Source of the DNA: an uncultured Gemmatimonadales bacterium | GTDB lineage: Bacteria; Gemmatimonadota; Gemmatimonadetes; Gemmatimonadales; Gemmatimonadaceae | DNA: 64,000 nucleotides | Assembly (NCBI GenBank): GCA_963701965.1 | Contig: OY969695.1 | Coordinates: 256,001-320,000, forward strand | Reading direction: 5' to 3' | Shown: in pieces, positions 48,702-59,377 of the stretch | How positions within the stretch are numbered: position 1 is the first letter of the stretch | Layout of the letters: each line of letters opens with the position of its first letter | Made by a program: the position numbers and the translations under genes | The notes under the pieces: model-generated | What the model was told of the DNA's origin: nothing | The model's database searches: none | What the model saw: only the letters and a program-made list of their open reading frames with translations

Positions 48702-50093
48702 TCAGTGCGCAGCCCGCCCGGGAACGAATTGGCCGCAACCGGGCTGAGCGGCGACGACACCATCTTTCATGATGGTTCGCCCCCGCACGATGGTGCGCAC
48801 CGGCATGCCTCGGGTCCGGATGCCGTCCCAGGACGTGTGGCCGGAGCGGCTCGCCATGTGCTCCTTGCGGAACTCGTTCGGCTGGTTCATGTCCACGATC
48901 GTGAAATCGGCATCCGCGCCAATCTCGATCGCGCCCTTGCGTGGATAGACCCCGAATCGCCTGGCCGGCGCCAGCGCGCAGAGTCGGGCAACGTCCTCGA
49001 GCGAGAGTCTTCCTTCGTTGACCGCGTTGAGGACGAGGGGGATGAACTCCTGTGCGCCGGTGATGCCCAGAGGAACCGAGAAGTTGTCTTGCCAGCCAGG
49101 CTTCGTCTCCTCGAAGGTGTGTGGAGCGTGCTCGCCGACGAGCATGTCCGCCACTCCGTTGCGCACCGCCTGCCAATGAGAATCCGGGTTGTAGGCCCAA
49201 AGATAGGCGTTGGGGCCGACCTTGCCGGCCTGCTCGCGCGTCATGAACAGCGCGGCGGTTTCCATTTCGCCGGTCACATCCTGACCCAGGTCGAACTTTG
49301 CATGGCGGATGAGCTCATTGGTCGCGGCGGGCATCACGCCCATGTGCAGGACGTGCAACGGTGTCTTCGTCAACTGGGCGTAGTAGAGACTCGCTGCAAG
49401 ACCGGCACCCATGCCGTGCCCGTACATGTAGCCTTTGGCATAGCAGTCGAAATAGTCCTCGACCGTGGTCTTGCCCTGGTCGATGTAGTCGCGGAACACG
49501 AGGCGCTTGCACCATTCACTGTCGTCGTGGTGGACCGAACAGACTAGCCCTTGGTCGGAAACAGCCTCGAAGATCTCGTAGAGGATGCCGTGATCGACGA
49601 CGCCCAGCTCGCTGATGTAGGGGTACACCTCGCGCACATGACGCGTATTGAAGACCTTGATGGCGATCGCGCCCTCGCGAGCCAGGTCGGCAATCGTCTT
49701 GGGGTACAGGCCGCCTCCATAGAGCCCGAAATCAATTAACGCCTTGCTTCTGACGAGTTCGCGCTTTCGCACGAAAGTCTCCCGGGTCGTCGGATGCGGG
49801 TCGTTGTTGGTCATGTCCATGCAGAACGTGATGCCGCCCAGCGCGGCCGCCCGGGTGCCGGACTCGAAATCTTCCTTGTAGGTATGCCCCGGCTCGCGAA
49901 AGTGCACATGGACATGCCACAGGCCGGGCATGACGACCAGACCGCTCGCATCGATCACGGAGGCGCCAGCCACTTCCTCGCCCGGATCCATCACCGATAC
50001 GATGCGCTCGCCGTTCACGCACACCGTGGCCGCACGCTTGGCCACGGGCAGCACGACCTCTCCGCCCCGAATCACCAGATCGTAGGTTCTCAT
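48702..50093 (-). CDS. Dihydroorotase/allantoinase-like cyclic amidohydrolase with atypical motifs
   Basis: HVHFREPG, ESGTRAAALGGIT, AIKVF, EHAPH and KGAIEIGADADF; intact 463-aa ORF. Confidence 0.9.
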   Translation of the reverse strand: MRTYDLVIRGGEVVLPVAKRAATVCVNGERIVSVMDPGEEVAGASVIDASGLVVMPGLWHVHVHFREPGHTYKEDFESGTRAAALGGITFCMDMTNNDPHPTTRETFVRKRELVRSKALIDFGLYGGGLYPKTIADLAREGAIAIKVFNTRHVREVYPYISELGVVDHGILYEIFEAVSDQGLVCSVHHDDSEWCKRLVFRDYIDQGKTTVEDYFDCYAKGYMYGHGMGAGLAASLYYAQLTKTPLHVLHMGVMPAATNELIRHAKFDLGQDVTGEMETAALFMTREQAGKVGPNAYLWAYNPDSHWQAVRNGVADMLVGEHAPHTFEETKPGWQDNFSVPLGITGAQEFIPLVLNAVNEGRLSLEDVARLCALAPARRFGVYPRKGAIEIGADADFTIVDMNQPNEFRKEHMASRSGHTSWDGIRTRGMPVRTIVRGRTIMKDGVVAAQPGCGQFVPGRAAH

Positions 50094-50312
50094 AAGGCCC
50101 TCTCTGAGCAGTCGGTCGTCGCTCGCGGCAATGAGCGCGTTTCTCCGAGTGCCATCCACCAAACAGCATAATCGCCGAATGGAGAGTCGCGAAGAGGACG
50201 ACGCCGGGATTTCCAAGCTTGGTGCGAAATGCGGCTGGTTGAAAAGATCTCTCGCATGTAGCCTCGCGCGAGACATTGCCGCCCCTGGTCGACTCCGCTG
50301 CAAGTCCGCTTG

Positions 50313-50630
50313 ATGTGCGAAGTCTGCGCGGCCTTTGGGCGAGGCAACCACTGGACGGCGCGTGCGAGCGGGGTGCCGGATGCCATCGAATCCACCGATC
50401 TTCGCGGCTACCGCGGCGAACGCAGGAATGCGCTGCGGCTGATCAATGCACTACTGGCGCCAAAGGGATTGTGGGCCGATGACTGGGATGGCGATGCATA
50501 TCTGGTGAGCGCGCCGAACGGCGCGGCAGTCAAGGCCGCGCATCTGGCCGAGATCTGGGCCGTCGCCAAGCGCCTGGGAGGTGTCGAGGTCGATCCCCTG
50601 GCCGATGATTTCCTGGATGCCGCGCGATGA
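50313..50630 (+). CDS. Small conserved-looking CxxC protein coupled to CobW
   Basis: MCEVC...HWT N-terminus and DPL C-terminus; its TGA overlaps the CobW ATG. Confidence 0.7.
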   Translation: MCEVCAAFGRGNHWTARASGVPDAIESTDLRGYRGERRNALRLINALLAPKGLWADDWDGDAYLVSAPNGAAVKAAHLAEIWAVAKRLGGVEVDPLADDFLDAAR

Positions 50631-51685
50631 GGCTTCGCTCGCGTGTCCGCCTACACGTACTGACCGGGTTTCTCGGTTCCGGCAAGTCGACGCTGTTGCG
50701 CGCGTACTTGCACGCGAAAGATCACGGTATCCGTACTGCGGTGCTGATCAACGAGTTCGGTGCAGTCGCGATCGACAATGCCTTGGTGAGGTCGGTATCG
50801 CCCTATGCGCAGACGCTGACCGGCGGGTGCGCCTGCTGCACCGTGGATCGGGCGCTGATCGAGGCGCTCATCGCCATCCTCACCCAGATCGAGTCCGGAG
50901 AGACGCCGAAGGTCACCGACATCGTCCTCGAGACCTCGGGCATGGCCGACCCGAGCCGCATCATCGGGACCATCGCCGACGAGATCAATCTCGCCGAATA
51001 TCTGGAAATCGCGAACTGCGTCACGTGTGTCGAGGCCGGTACCGACGCGGCGCAGCCGAAGCGATATCCGGAAATCGGCAACCAGATCGCCTGCGCGAGC
51101 CGCTTGGTTCTCACGAAGACCGACCTGACCACGGCCGCCGCCGCGCTCGCGACTGCCAGACTGCTGAACGAGATGAACCCCTTGGCCGAAATCCGGTACG
51201 CCACCGATTTCAGGGTCGGAAGCGCGGATCTCTTCGCCCCATCGAAGGGGCCGAATCACTCGCCTCCCCTGCCGAGGACTCACGGTTCGCGCCTGAAGGC
51301 CTTCCAGATCGACCTGGACACCCGCATGGGCTGGACGGCCTTCTCGGTCTGGCTGACGGCATTGATGCACCGGCACGGCGACAAGATCCTGCGGTTCAAA
51401 GGAGTGGTGCCTCTGGAGCGCACCGGGCGTGCGCTGGTTCTTCAAAGCGTGCGGCATCGAGTCTCGGAACCCGAGCATCTCGACCTCGCCAGCGCCGACG
51501 ACGGCATCGGTTTTGGCCTCGTGTTCATCTGCGACGGAGACTTCGAAATGCGCGTGCGGCTGTCGATGCAGAAGTTCCAGGATCTGGTCGACCGGATGGC
51601 GCAACCGCTAGTACTACAGCCCGTTCTGCGTAGTCTCGCGCAACGCGCTCACGCTGATTCGCCACGCGGGCATCGAGCCCACTAG
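50627..51685 (+). CDS. CobW/COG0523 family metallochaperone GTPase
   Basis: LTGFLGSGKST, INEFG, GCACC, ETSGMADP, TKTDL and ILRFKG. Confidence 0.93.
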   Translation: MRLRSRVRLHVLTGFLGSGKSTLLRAYLHAKDHGIRTAVLINEFGAVAIDNALVRSVSPYAQTLTGGCACCTVDRALIEALIAILTQIESGETPKVTDIVLETSGMADPSRIIGTIADEINLAEYLEIANCVTCVEAGTDAAQPKRYPEIGNQIACASRLVLTKTDLTTAAAALATARLLNEMNPLAEIRYATDFRVGSADLFAPSKGPNHSPPLPRTHGSRLKAFQIDLDTRMGWTAFSVWLTALMHRHGDKILRFKGVVPLERTGRALVLQSVRHRVSEPEHLDLASADDGIGFGLVFICDGDFEMRVRLSMQKFQDLVDRMAQPLVLQPVLRSLAQRAHADSPRGHRAH

Positions 51686-51709
51686 ATGGCGCTGGTCGGG
51701 TTGCGCCGG

Positions 51710-51750
51710 TAGAATCATTTCGTGGATCTCTCGTTCCATATTTGAGAACG
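51710..51750 (+). promoter_or_regulatory. -10 element and palindromic operator upstream of the Mo oxidoreductase
   Basis: TAGAAT (51710-51715); CGTTCCATATTTGAGAACG (51732-51750). Confidence 0.6.
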
Positions 51751-51783
51751 TTACATGCCTCGCCTCCGCGAAGCCGCCTGGCC

Positions 51784-54104
51784 ATGAGGTCGCCCACCCG
51801 CCATCTCGTGGCGACGCATTGGGGCACCTACCTCGCCTCCGCAGGCACGGCCTTGGGCGAAGCGCTTCGCCCGTTGCCGGAGGACTCCAACCCTTCGTCG
51901 ATCGGGTTCGATCTTCCAGCGTCGCGACTCGCACCTGCACGCGTGCTGCGCCCGGCGGTTCGCGAGTCGTACCTTCGTTCCGGCCCCGATGCTCCTCGCG
52001 ACGGGCGCGGCGGCGAGCCCTTCGTCGAGGTTTCCTGGGACACCGCGCTTGCCATCGTCGCCGCCGAGCTCGAACGCGTGCGGAGCACGGCGGGCAACGG
52101 CGCTATCTTCGGCGGCTCGTGCGGCTGGGCTAGCGCCGGGCGGTTCCATCATGCGCAGAGCCATGTGCACCGTTTCCTGAACTGCATCGGCGGTTATGTC
52201 CGCTCCGTCGGCAACTACAGCTATGGCGCCGCCGACGTGCTGCTGCCACACGTGATCGGCGACACGCGATCGCTCGCGGTCGGCCAGACAAGCTGGGAAT
52301 CGCTCCGCCGGGGCCGTTCGCTGGTGCTGATGTTCGGCGGCATGCCGGCGAAGAACGGACAGGTAGGCTCCGGCGGCATCGTCCACCACCGCTTGCTCGA
52401 GGAGCTCGCCGCGTGCCGAGAGGCGGGCTGCCGGTTCGTCTGCGTGTCGCCGGTGAGAAGCGACGCGCCGGCCGACATCGACGCGCGATGGATATCGCTG
52501 CGCCCGAACACCGACGTCGCCTTGATGCTAGGGCTCGCCCATGTGCTCGTCGCCGAGTCGCTGTGCGACCAGGCGTTCCTCGATCGATGCACCGTCGGCT
52601 TCGACGTCCTGAAGGCCTACCTTCTTGGCGAATCCGATTCGGTGCCGAAGACGCCGGCGTGGGCCGAGGCGATCACGCAGGTGCCCGCCACCGAGATTCG
52701 GCAGCTGGCGCGCGAGCTCGCCGCGAGCAACGCCTTCGTCATGCTCACCTGGTCGCTGCAGCGCGCCCAGCACGGGGAGCAGACGTACTGGATGGCGATC
52801 GCCCTGGCCTCGATGCTCGGAGGCATCGGCCTGCCGGGCCGCGGCGTCGGCTTCGGTTATGGCTCGATGGGCGGGATGGGCTTCGCGCCGCCGAGCGTGC
52901 CGTGGGCGGCCTTGCCACAGGGCGAGAACCGGGTCGCCGCGATGATCCCAGTGGCGCGCATCGCCGACATGCTGCTCAGCCCGGGCATGCCGTTCGACTT
53001 CGACGGCACGACGAATACACGTATCCAGCGATCGACTGGTCTACTGGGCCGGCGGCAATCCGTTCCATCATCACCAAGACCTCAATCGGCTCCTGCAGGC
53101 ATGGCGCGCGCCGTCGACGATCGTCGTCCACGAGGCTGGTGGAACGCGCATTCGCGCCATGCCGACATTGTGTTGCCAGTCACCACGTTCTTCGAGCGCG
53201 ACGATCTCTGCGGCTCGAGTCGGGCGCGCAGCTCGTCGCCTCGCGGCGCGTGAAAGCGAGCCGCCAGGGCCGATTGCCTCGACGACTTCGCGATCTTCTC
53301 GCGGCTCGCCGTGCGGATGGAGTCGAGCTGCGCCTACACCGAAGGGCGCGATGCTGAGGGCTGGGTTCGCCACCTCTACGAGCGCACCGCTGAGGCGGCG
53401 CGCCGGCAGGGCCACGCGCTGCCCGACTTCCCCACCTTCTGGGAAACCGGTCTCGCCGAGGTGCCACCGCAGCCGGGCTACCTGGAGCACATGCAAGCGT
53501 TCCGCCAAGATCCGCTCGGCCATCCACTTGCCACGCCGTCGGGGCGCATCGAGCTGGCCTCATCGACCATCGAGGCTTCGGCTATGCCGACTGCCCCGGG
53601 CACCCAGCCTGGCTCGAGCCTTCGGAATGGCTCGGCTCGCCGCTGGCCGCGAGCTATCCGCTGCACCTGCTCGCCAACCAGCCCGCCGACAAGCTGCACA
53701 GCCAGTGGGACCACGGCAGCCTGTCCCGAGGCAACAAGATCCGGGAGCGTGCTCGGCTCGGCATGAGTCCGCTCGATGCACAGGGCCGCGGCCTCGCCCA
53801 CGGGGACATGGTCCGCGTCTTCAACGCCCGCGGTTCGATCCTTGCAGGCGTGGCCGTCGACGCCGGCGTGCGCCAGGGGGTGGTGCAGATGTCGACGGGC
53901 GCCTGGTTCGACCCGCTCGTGCCGGGCGTGATCGGTAGCCTCGACAAGCACGGCAATCCGAACGTGCTCACGCCCGACATCGGCACCTCGTCGCTCGCCC
54001 AGGGGCCGAGCCCCAACACCTGCCTGGTGCAGGTTGAACGGTTCGACGGCGAGCTGCCGCCGATCACTTGCTTCCATCCCCCGGAGCTGAAGACGCAGTC
54101 CTAA
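51784..54104 (+). CDS. Mo-bisPGD S/N-oxide reductase (BisC/DorA/TorZ clade), no Tat signal, frameshifted
   Basis: THWG, RGGEPFVEVSWD, GWASAGRFHHAQ, GNYSYGAA (Ser ligand), LQRAQHGEQ, ADIVLP and GNPNVLTPD. Confidence 0.9.
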
Positions 54105-54138
54105 GGGCGCCGCGCGCCAGCGTGGGGACTGCGCGGTG

Positions 54139-55803
54139 CTAGGACAAGAGCGGCATTTCTTCCGCCGACGGCAGGGCATGGCGGCGCTGTCCCGGGATCG
54201 CCGCGAGCAATTCGCGCGTGTAGGGATGCTGGGGGTTGCCGAAGATCGCCCGCGCCTCGCCCTGCTCGACCACCACGCCGCGCTGCATCACCAGGATGCG
54301 GTGGCAGAGCCGCGCCGCGACGCGCAGATCGTGGGTGATGAAGACGATGCTCAGGTTCAGGCGCTCGCGGATGTCCTCGAGCAGACTCAGGATCTGAGCC
54401 TGCACCGAGACGTCGAGCGCCGACACTGCCTCGTCAGCGATGAGTAGCTCGGGTTCCATCATCAGCGCCCGCGCGATCGACAGGCGCTGGCGCTGTCCGC
54501 CGGAGAACTCATGCGGATAGCGGTCGAGCGCGACTACGTCGATGCGCACGAGCTCGAGCATCTCGCACATGCGTTGAGGACCGCATCGGGCGGCTCGCCG
54601 AAGTTCGCGGGCCCTCGGCCAGTGCGCGGCGTACGGTGAGGCGCGGGTTGAAGGAGCGGAACGGGTCCTGGAAGACCATCTGCACCTTCTTACAGTTGCG
54701 CTGCCATTCGCTCATCGACATTCGCGCCAGGTCCTCGCCGCCGAGCAGGATCCTCCCGGAGGTCGGCGGCGTGAGCCGCGCCAGGCAGCGGCCGAGCGTC
54801 GTCTTGCCTGATCCCGATTCGCCGACCACACCGAGGGTCTCGCCGCGGGCGAGCTCGAGCGACACGCCTGCGACGGCATGCACGACCCGGCGTCGCGACT
54901 TCAGGATCGCGGCCGTCTCGAAGCGCACGTGCAGGTCGTCGACTACGAGCAGCGGCTCGGGCGCGACCTTGGCGGCGTCGGCGCCGAACGATCCGTTCGG
55001 CACCGAGGCGAGCAGCATCTTCGTGTACTCGTGCTTCGGGTTGCGCAGCACCTCGTCGGCGCTGCCGCTCTCAACGATGCGGCCCGACTGCATCACGACC
55101 ACGCGGTCGGCGATCTCGGCGACGACGTCGAAGTCGTGGGTGATGAAGAGGACGCTCGCGTCATGCCGGCCGCGCAGCTCATGGAGCAGGCGCAGAACCT
55201 GCGCCTGCGAGGTGACGTCGAGGGCGGTGGTCGGCTCGTCGGCGATGAGAGGCGCGGCTCCATCGCGAGCGCCATGGCGATCATGACCCGCTGGCGCTGG
55301 CCGCCCGAAAGCTGGTGCGGATACGAGTGCCGCAGCGTTTCGGGGGAGGGAAGATGCACGTCGGCGAGTAGCGCCAGCACCTTGTCGGCGACCTCGCGCC
55401 GGCCCATCTTTGGCGCGTGGAACTCGAACGCCTCGGCGATCTGGTCGCCCACGCGCATAACAGGATTGAGCGCGGTCATCGGCTCCTGGAAGACCATCGC
55501 CATGCGGTTGCCGCGCAGGTCGCGCAGCTCCTGCAGCGGCGCATGCGTGATGTCCCGGCCGGAGAGCAGGATCTGCCCGCGCTCGAGCGTAAGCACGCCG
55601 GGCGGCAAGAGGCCCATCACCGCGCTCGCGGTGACCGACTTTCCCGAGCCCGATTCGCCGACGATGCACACCGTCTCGCGCGCACCGATCGTCAAGTTGA
55701 CCGCTTCGACGGCGTAGGCGCGGTCGCTACCCTTGGGCAGGCGCACGTGCAGGTCGCGGACCTTGAGGACCGGCGCTGCGGCGGGGTCGTCGGCTGCAGA
55801 CAT
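54139..55803 (-). CDS. ABC transporter ATP-binding protein (two fused NBDs), frameshifted
   Basis: GESGSGKS and [32 protein letters not shown] and DEAVSALD. Confidence 0.9.
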
Positions 55804-55810
55804 CGTCGGT

Positions 55811-56679
55811 TCAGCCCCGAAGCCTGCGCGCCATGCGCGGATCGAGGCGGTCGCGCAGGGCGTCGCCGAACATGTTGAGCGAGAGAATGAGCAGCGCCAG
55901 GAAGATGCCCGGGGTACAGCACGACCCACGGCGCGCGCTGGAAGAAGGGCCGTCCCTCGGCGATGATGCTGCCGAGGCTCGGGATCTCGGGCGGAAAGCC
56001 GAGGCCGAGGAAGCCGAGCGCCGCCTCGGTGAGGATCCCGCCGCGGCGCAGACGAAGGTCGCCTGAACCACGAGCGGGTTGAGCGTGCTCGGCAGGATGT
56101 GCCGGGGATCGATCACTTTCCACGTCGGCGTTCCCATGCCGACCGAGACCTCGACGAAGGGCGCCTCACGCACCGAGAGCACGACGCTGCGCACCAGGCG
56201 CGCGATCCGCGGAATCTCGGGATGGAGATCGCGACGACCATCGAGGCGATGTTCGCCCCCGCGAGCGCCACTAGCGTCACCGCGAGCAGCAGCCCGGGGA
56301 TCGCCATGATGCCGTCCATGATGCGCATCACGCCGCGATAGGGTCGAGGCGGCGGAAGTACCCCGCGACGAGGCCGATGAGAAGGCCGCAGCACACCGCC
56401 ACCATGCTCACCAGCATGGCGAGGGTGACCGAAAGCCGCCCGCCGTAGAGCACGCGGGCGAGCAGGTCGCGGCCGAGCGAATCGGTGACGTCAGTAGTCA
56501 CCGTGCGCTGGGCGAAGGCGCAGGCGCGGCGTGAGGACCGCCGGATCGTGCTGGACTATGAGCGGCGCACCGATCGAGACGAGGATCAGAAGCGCGAGCA
56601 GGCCGAAGGCGAGCAGCATCGTGCGGTCGCGGGCGACGGTGCGGAAGGCGAGGCGCAGCGGGTGAACGATCGCGGACAC
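55811..56679 (-). CDS. ABC transporter permease (DppC-like), frameshifted
   Basis: DSLGRDLLARVLYGGR, MRIMDGIMAIP, ILTEAALGFLGLG and GDALRDRLDPR. Confidence 0.88.
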
Positions 56680-56687
56680 TCGTCGCT

Positions 56688-57629
56688 TCAGTAGCGGATC
56701 CGTGGGTCGAGCAGCACGTAGGCGATGTCGACCAGCAGGTTGACGAAGATGTAGGTGAACGAGAAGAAGAGGATCGTTCCCTGCACCACGGGATAGTCGC
56801 GGGCGAGCACCGAGTCGACGATCATCCGGCCGACGCCGGCGATGTTGAACACCGTCTCGGTCACGACCACGCCACTGATGAGCGCGGTGATGCCGACGCC
56901 GACAATGGTGACGATGGGCACCGCCGCGTTGCGCAGCGCATGGCGGAAAAGGACCACGCCCTCGGGCGCGCCCTTCGCGCGCGCGGTGCGCACGAAGTCC
57001 TCGCCGAGGATGTCGAGCATGCTCGCGCGAGTGATGCGCGAGATCAGCGCGATGTACACCGTCGCCAGCGCGAGCGTTGGCAGCACCAGATGGCGCAGGT
57101 ATTCGCCGAGGCCCCGGTCCAGCGATGCGTAGCCCTGCACTGGCAGCCAGTTGAGTTTCACCGCGAAGGCGTAGATGAGGAGGTAGCCGATCACGAAGGA
57201 GGGCACCGAGAAGCCGAGCACCGAGCCCGCGCGGATGCCGCGGTCGATCCAGCCGCCGTGCCGCCACGAGGCGAGCACGCCGAGTGGCACCGCCACGAGG
57301 ATGGTGACGAGGATCGCGGACGCCGCGAGCGAGAGCGTCGGCGGCAGGCGCGCGGCGATGAGCTCAGTGACGGGCTTCTTCGAGATTACCGAGTGGCCGA
57401 GGTCACCGGTGAGGACCGCACTCATCCAGCGCACGTATTGCGTGGTGATCGGCTTGTCGAGGCCCATGTCCTTGCGGATCGCCTCGACCTGCTCCGCGGT
57501 CGCGAGGTCGCCGGCGATCACGTGCGCCGGATCGCCCGGCGCGAAGCGCAGCAGCAGGAACACCACGGTCGCCACCACGACCATGATCGGAACGATCGCA
57601 ACCAGGCGCTGCAGGAGGAGACGGAGCAC
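56688..57629 (-). CDS. ABC transporter permease (DppB-like)
   Basis: Intact 313-aa ORF with APGDPA, EDFVRTARAKG, RHALRNA and LDPRIRY. Confidence 0.93.
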   Translation of the reverse strand: MLRLLLQRLVAIVPIMVVVATVVFLLLRFAPGDPAHVIAGDLATAEQVEAIRKDMGLDKPITTQYVRWMSAVLTGDLGHSVISKKPVTELIAARLPPTLSLAASAILVTILVAVPLGVLASWRHGGWIDRGIRAGSVLGFSVPSFVIGYLLIYAFAVKLNWLPVQGYASLDRGLGEYLRHLVLPTLALATVYIALISRITRASMLDILGEDFVRTARAKGAPEGVVLFRHALRNAAVPIVTIVGVGITALISGVVVTETVFNIAGVGRMIVDSVLARDYPVVQGTILFFSFTYIFVNLLVDIAYVLLDPRIRY

Positions 57630-57653
57630 GGGCCGGACCGTCCCGCCAGTACG

Positions 57654-59249
57654 TCAGCGCTTCGCCTGCCAGAACAGCGGCAGTGGCGCCTCGACCATGT
57701 TCGCCATCTTGCCGTCGTAGCCCTTGAACTTGGAGAAGCCGCCGAGCGGCACGTAGAAGACCTGATCGTAGTTGAGCTTCTGGATCTCCTTGACGATCGC
57801 CATCTTCTTGGCCCGGTCCGCCTCGACCGCGAACTGATCGCGAAGGCTTTCCATCTGCTCGCTCTTCGACCAGCCGACGTAGCCGATCTCGCCGCGCGCG
57901 TCGAGGTTCGGGTTGATCACCGGGCTCAGCAGGTCGAGCGCGCTCCATTGCGAATGGATCAGGCTCCAGCCGCCCTGCGCGACCGGATCCTTTTTGGTCC
58001 GGCGCGCCTGCATCGTGCTGTAGTCCATCGACTGCACCTCGACGTTCATGCCGATACTGCGCAGCGCCTGGCTCGTGACCGAGGCCATGCTGCCCAGCAC
58101 CTGGATGTCGGTCGGATGCAAGATGACGACCTTCTCGCCCTTGTAGCTGCTCTCCGCGAGCATCGCCTTCGCCTTGGCGAGGTCGGGCGCCTTGAGCTGG
58201 GGCGCGAACTCGTCGGTCGCGTACGGCGAGGCGCACGACAGCACGGCGCCGCACGGCTGATAGACCTTCGGGTCGCCGAACTGCGCCTGCAGGTAGTCGA
58301 CCTGGTTCAGCGCGGCGAGCGCGGCGCGCCGCACCTTGACGTCGTTGAACGGCGGCTGCAGCCAGTTCATCTTGAGCGTGAACATGTCGGTGTGCTTGCC
58401 GAACGACTTCACCGTGATGCCCTTGACGCCCTCGAGCTGCGACATCAAGTCGGGCTGCACGTCCTCGACGAAGTCCACCTCGCCGGCGCGCAGAGCCTGC
58501 ACCGCGGTCTGCACGTCGGGGATCGAGATGACCTCGATGCGGTCGGCCATCGCGATCTTGCCGCCCGCGAAGGCGCTCGCCGGCTCCTTGCGCGGCACGT
58601 AGTCGGTGTTCTTCAGGTAGGTGGCCTTGACGCCGGGCTGGAAGTCGGCGGCGACGAACTTGTACGGACCCGAGCCGACCGCCTCCGTGATCGCCTGCGA
58701 TGCCGGCACCGAAGCGATCCGCTTGGGCATGATGAAGGGCACAGGCGAGCCCTGCTTGGCGAGCGTTTCGATCGTCAGGCCGTAGGGGCGCTTGAGCTTG
58801 AAGATGAAGGTCGAGGGCGCGGGCGAGGTCAGGCTCTCGGTCGACGCCATCAGCCGCGCGCCCATCTGGTCGCGCTCGCTCCAGCGGCGCAGCGATGCGA
58901 TCACGTCCTCGCCGGTAACCGGCGTGCCGTCGTGGAACTTGAGGCCGGGGCGTAGCTGGAAGGTATAGATGAGCTTGTCGGGCGAGACGGTGAAGGTGTC
59001 GACCATCTGCGGCTGCGGGTTGGACTTGTCGTCCATCGCGAACAGCGTGTCGTAGACGAGATAGCCGTGGTTGCGCGTGCTGTACGCGGGCGTCAGCACC
59101 GGGTCGAGGATCTTCAGCTGCGTCTGCAGCACGACCTTGATCGTTCCCGTGCCGCCCTGGGCCGAGGTCGTGGGGGCGAGGGCGACTCCGGCCGCGAGCG
59201 TCGCGGCGGCCACGAGAGCGCGGAGAGGGGGGCGCGGGAAGAGGGTCAT
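57654..59249 (-). CDS. ABC transporter substrate-binding protein (family 5)
   Basis: Intact 531-aa ORF with signal peptide, LDP, VYDTLF, LKFHDG and GSGPYKF. Confidence 0.93.
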   Translation of the reverse strand: MTLFPRPPLRALVAAATLAAGVALAPTTSAQGGTGTIKVVLQTQLKILDPVLTPAYSTRNHGYLVYDTLFAMDDKSNPQPQMVDTFTVSPDKLIYTFQLRPGLKFHDGTPVTGEDVIASLRRWSERDQMGARLMASTESLTSPAPSTFIFKLKRPYGLTIETLAKQGSPVPFIMPKRIASVPASQAITEAVGSGPYKFVAADFQPGVKATYLKNTDYVPRKEPASAFAGGKIAMADRIEVISIPDVQTAVQALRAGEVDFVEDVQPDLMSQLEGVKGITVKSFGKHTDMFTLKMNWLQPPFNDVKVRRAALAALNQVDYLQAQFGDPKVYQPCGAVLSCASPYATDEFAPQLKAPDLAKAKAMLAESSYKGEKVVILHPTDIQVLGSMASVTSQALRSIGMNVEVQSMDYSTMQARRTKKDPVAQGGWSLIHSQWSALDLLSPVINPNLDARGEIGYVGWSKSEQMESLRDQFAVEADRAKKMAIVKEIQKLNYDQVFYVPLGGFSKFKGYDGKMANMVEAPLPLFWQAKR

Positions 59250-59252
59250 CGT

Positions 59253-59310
59253 GTTCCCTGAAATGGAAAGGTGATTCCGAAGTCTGGCATTCGAATTTGC
59301 GCAATGTCAA
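59253..59310 (-). promoter_or_regulatory. Sigma70 promoter with downstream palindromic operator (ABC operon 2)
   Basis: TTGACA (59305-59310), 18 nt, then TGc-CAGACT (59281-59286). Operator TTTCCATTTCAGGGAAC (59253-59269). Confidence 0.7.
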
Positions 59311-59377
59311 ACGGGCGAGTACGGATGCGGTCTTCGTCCGGGCCGGGCTGCTGCAAGATCAGGGCCAGCCGGAGGCG

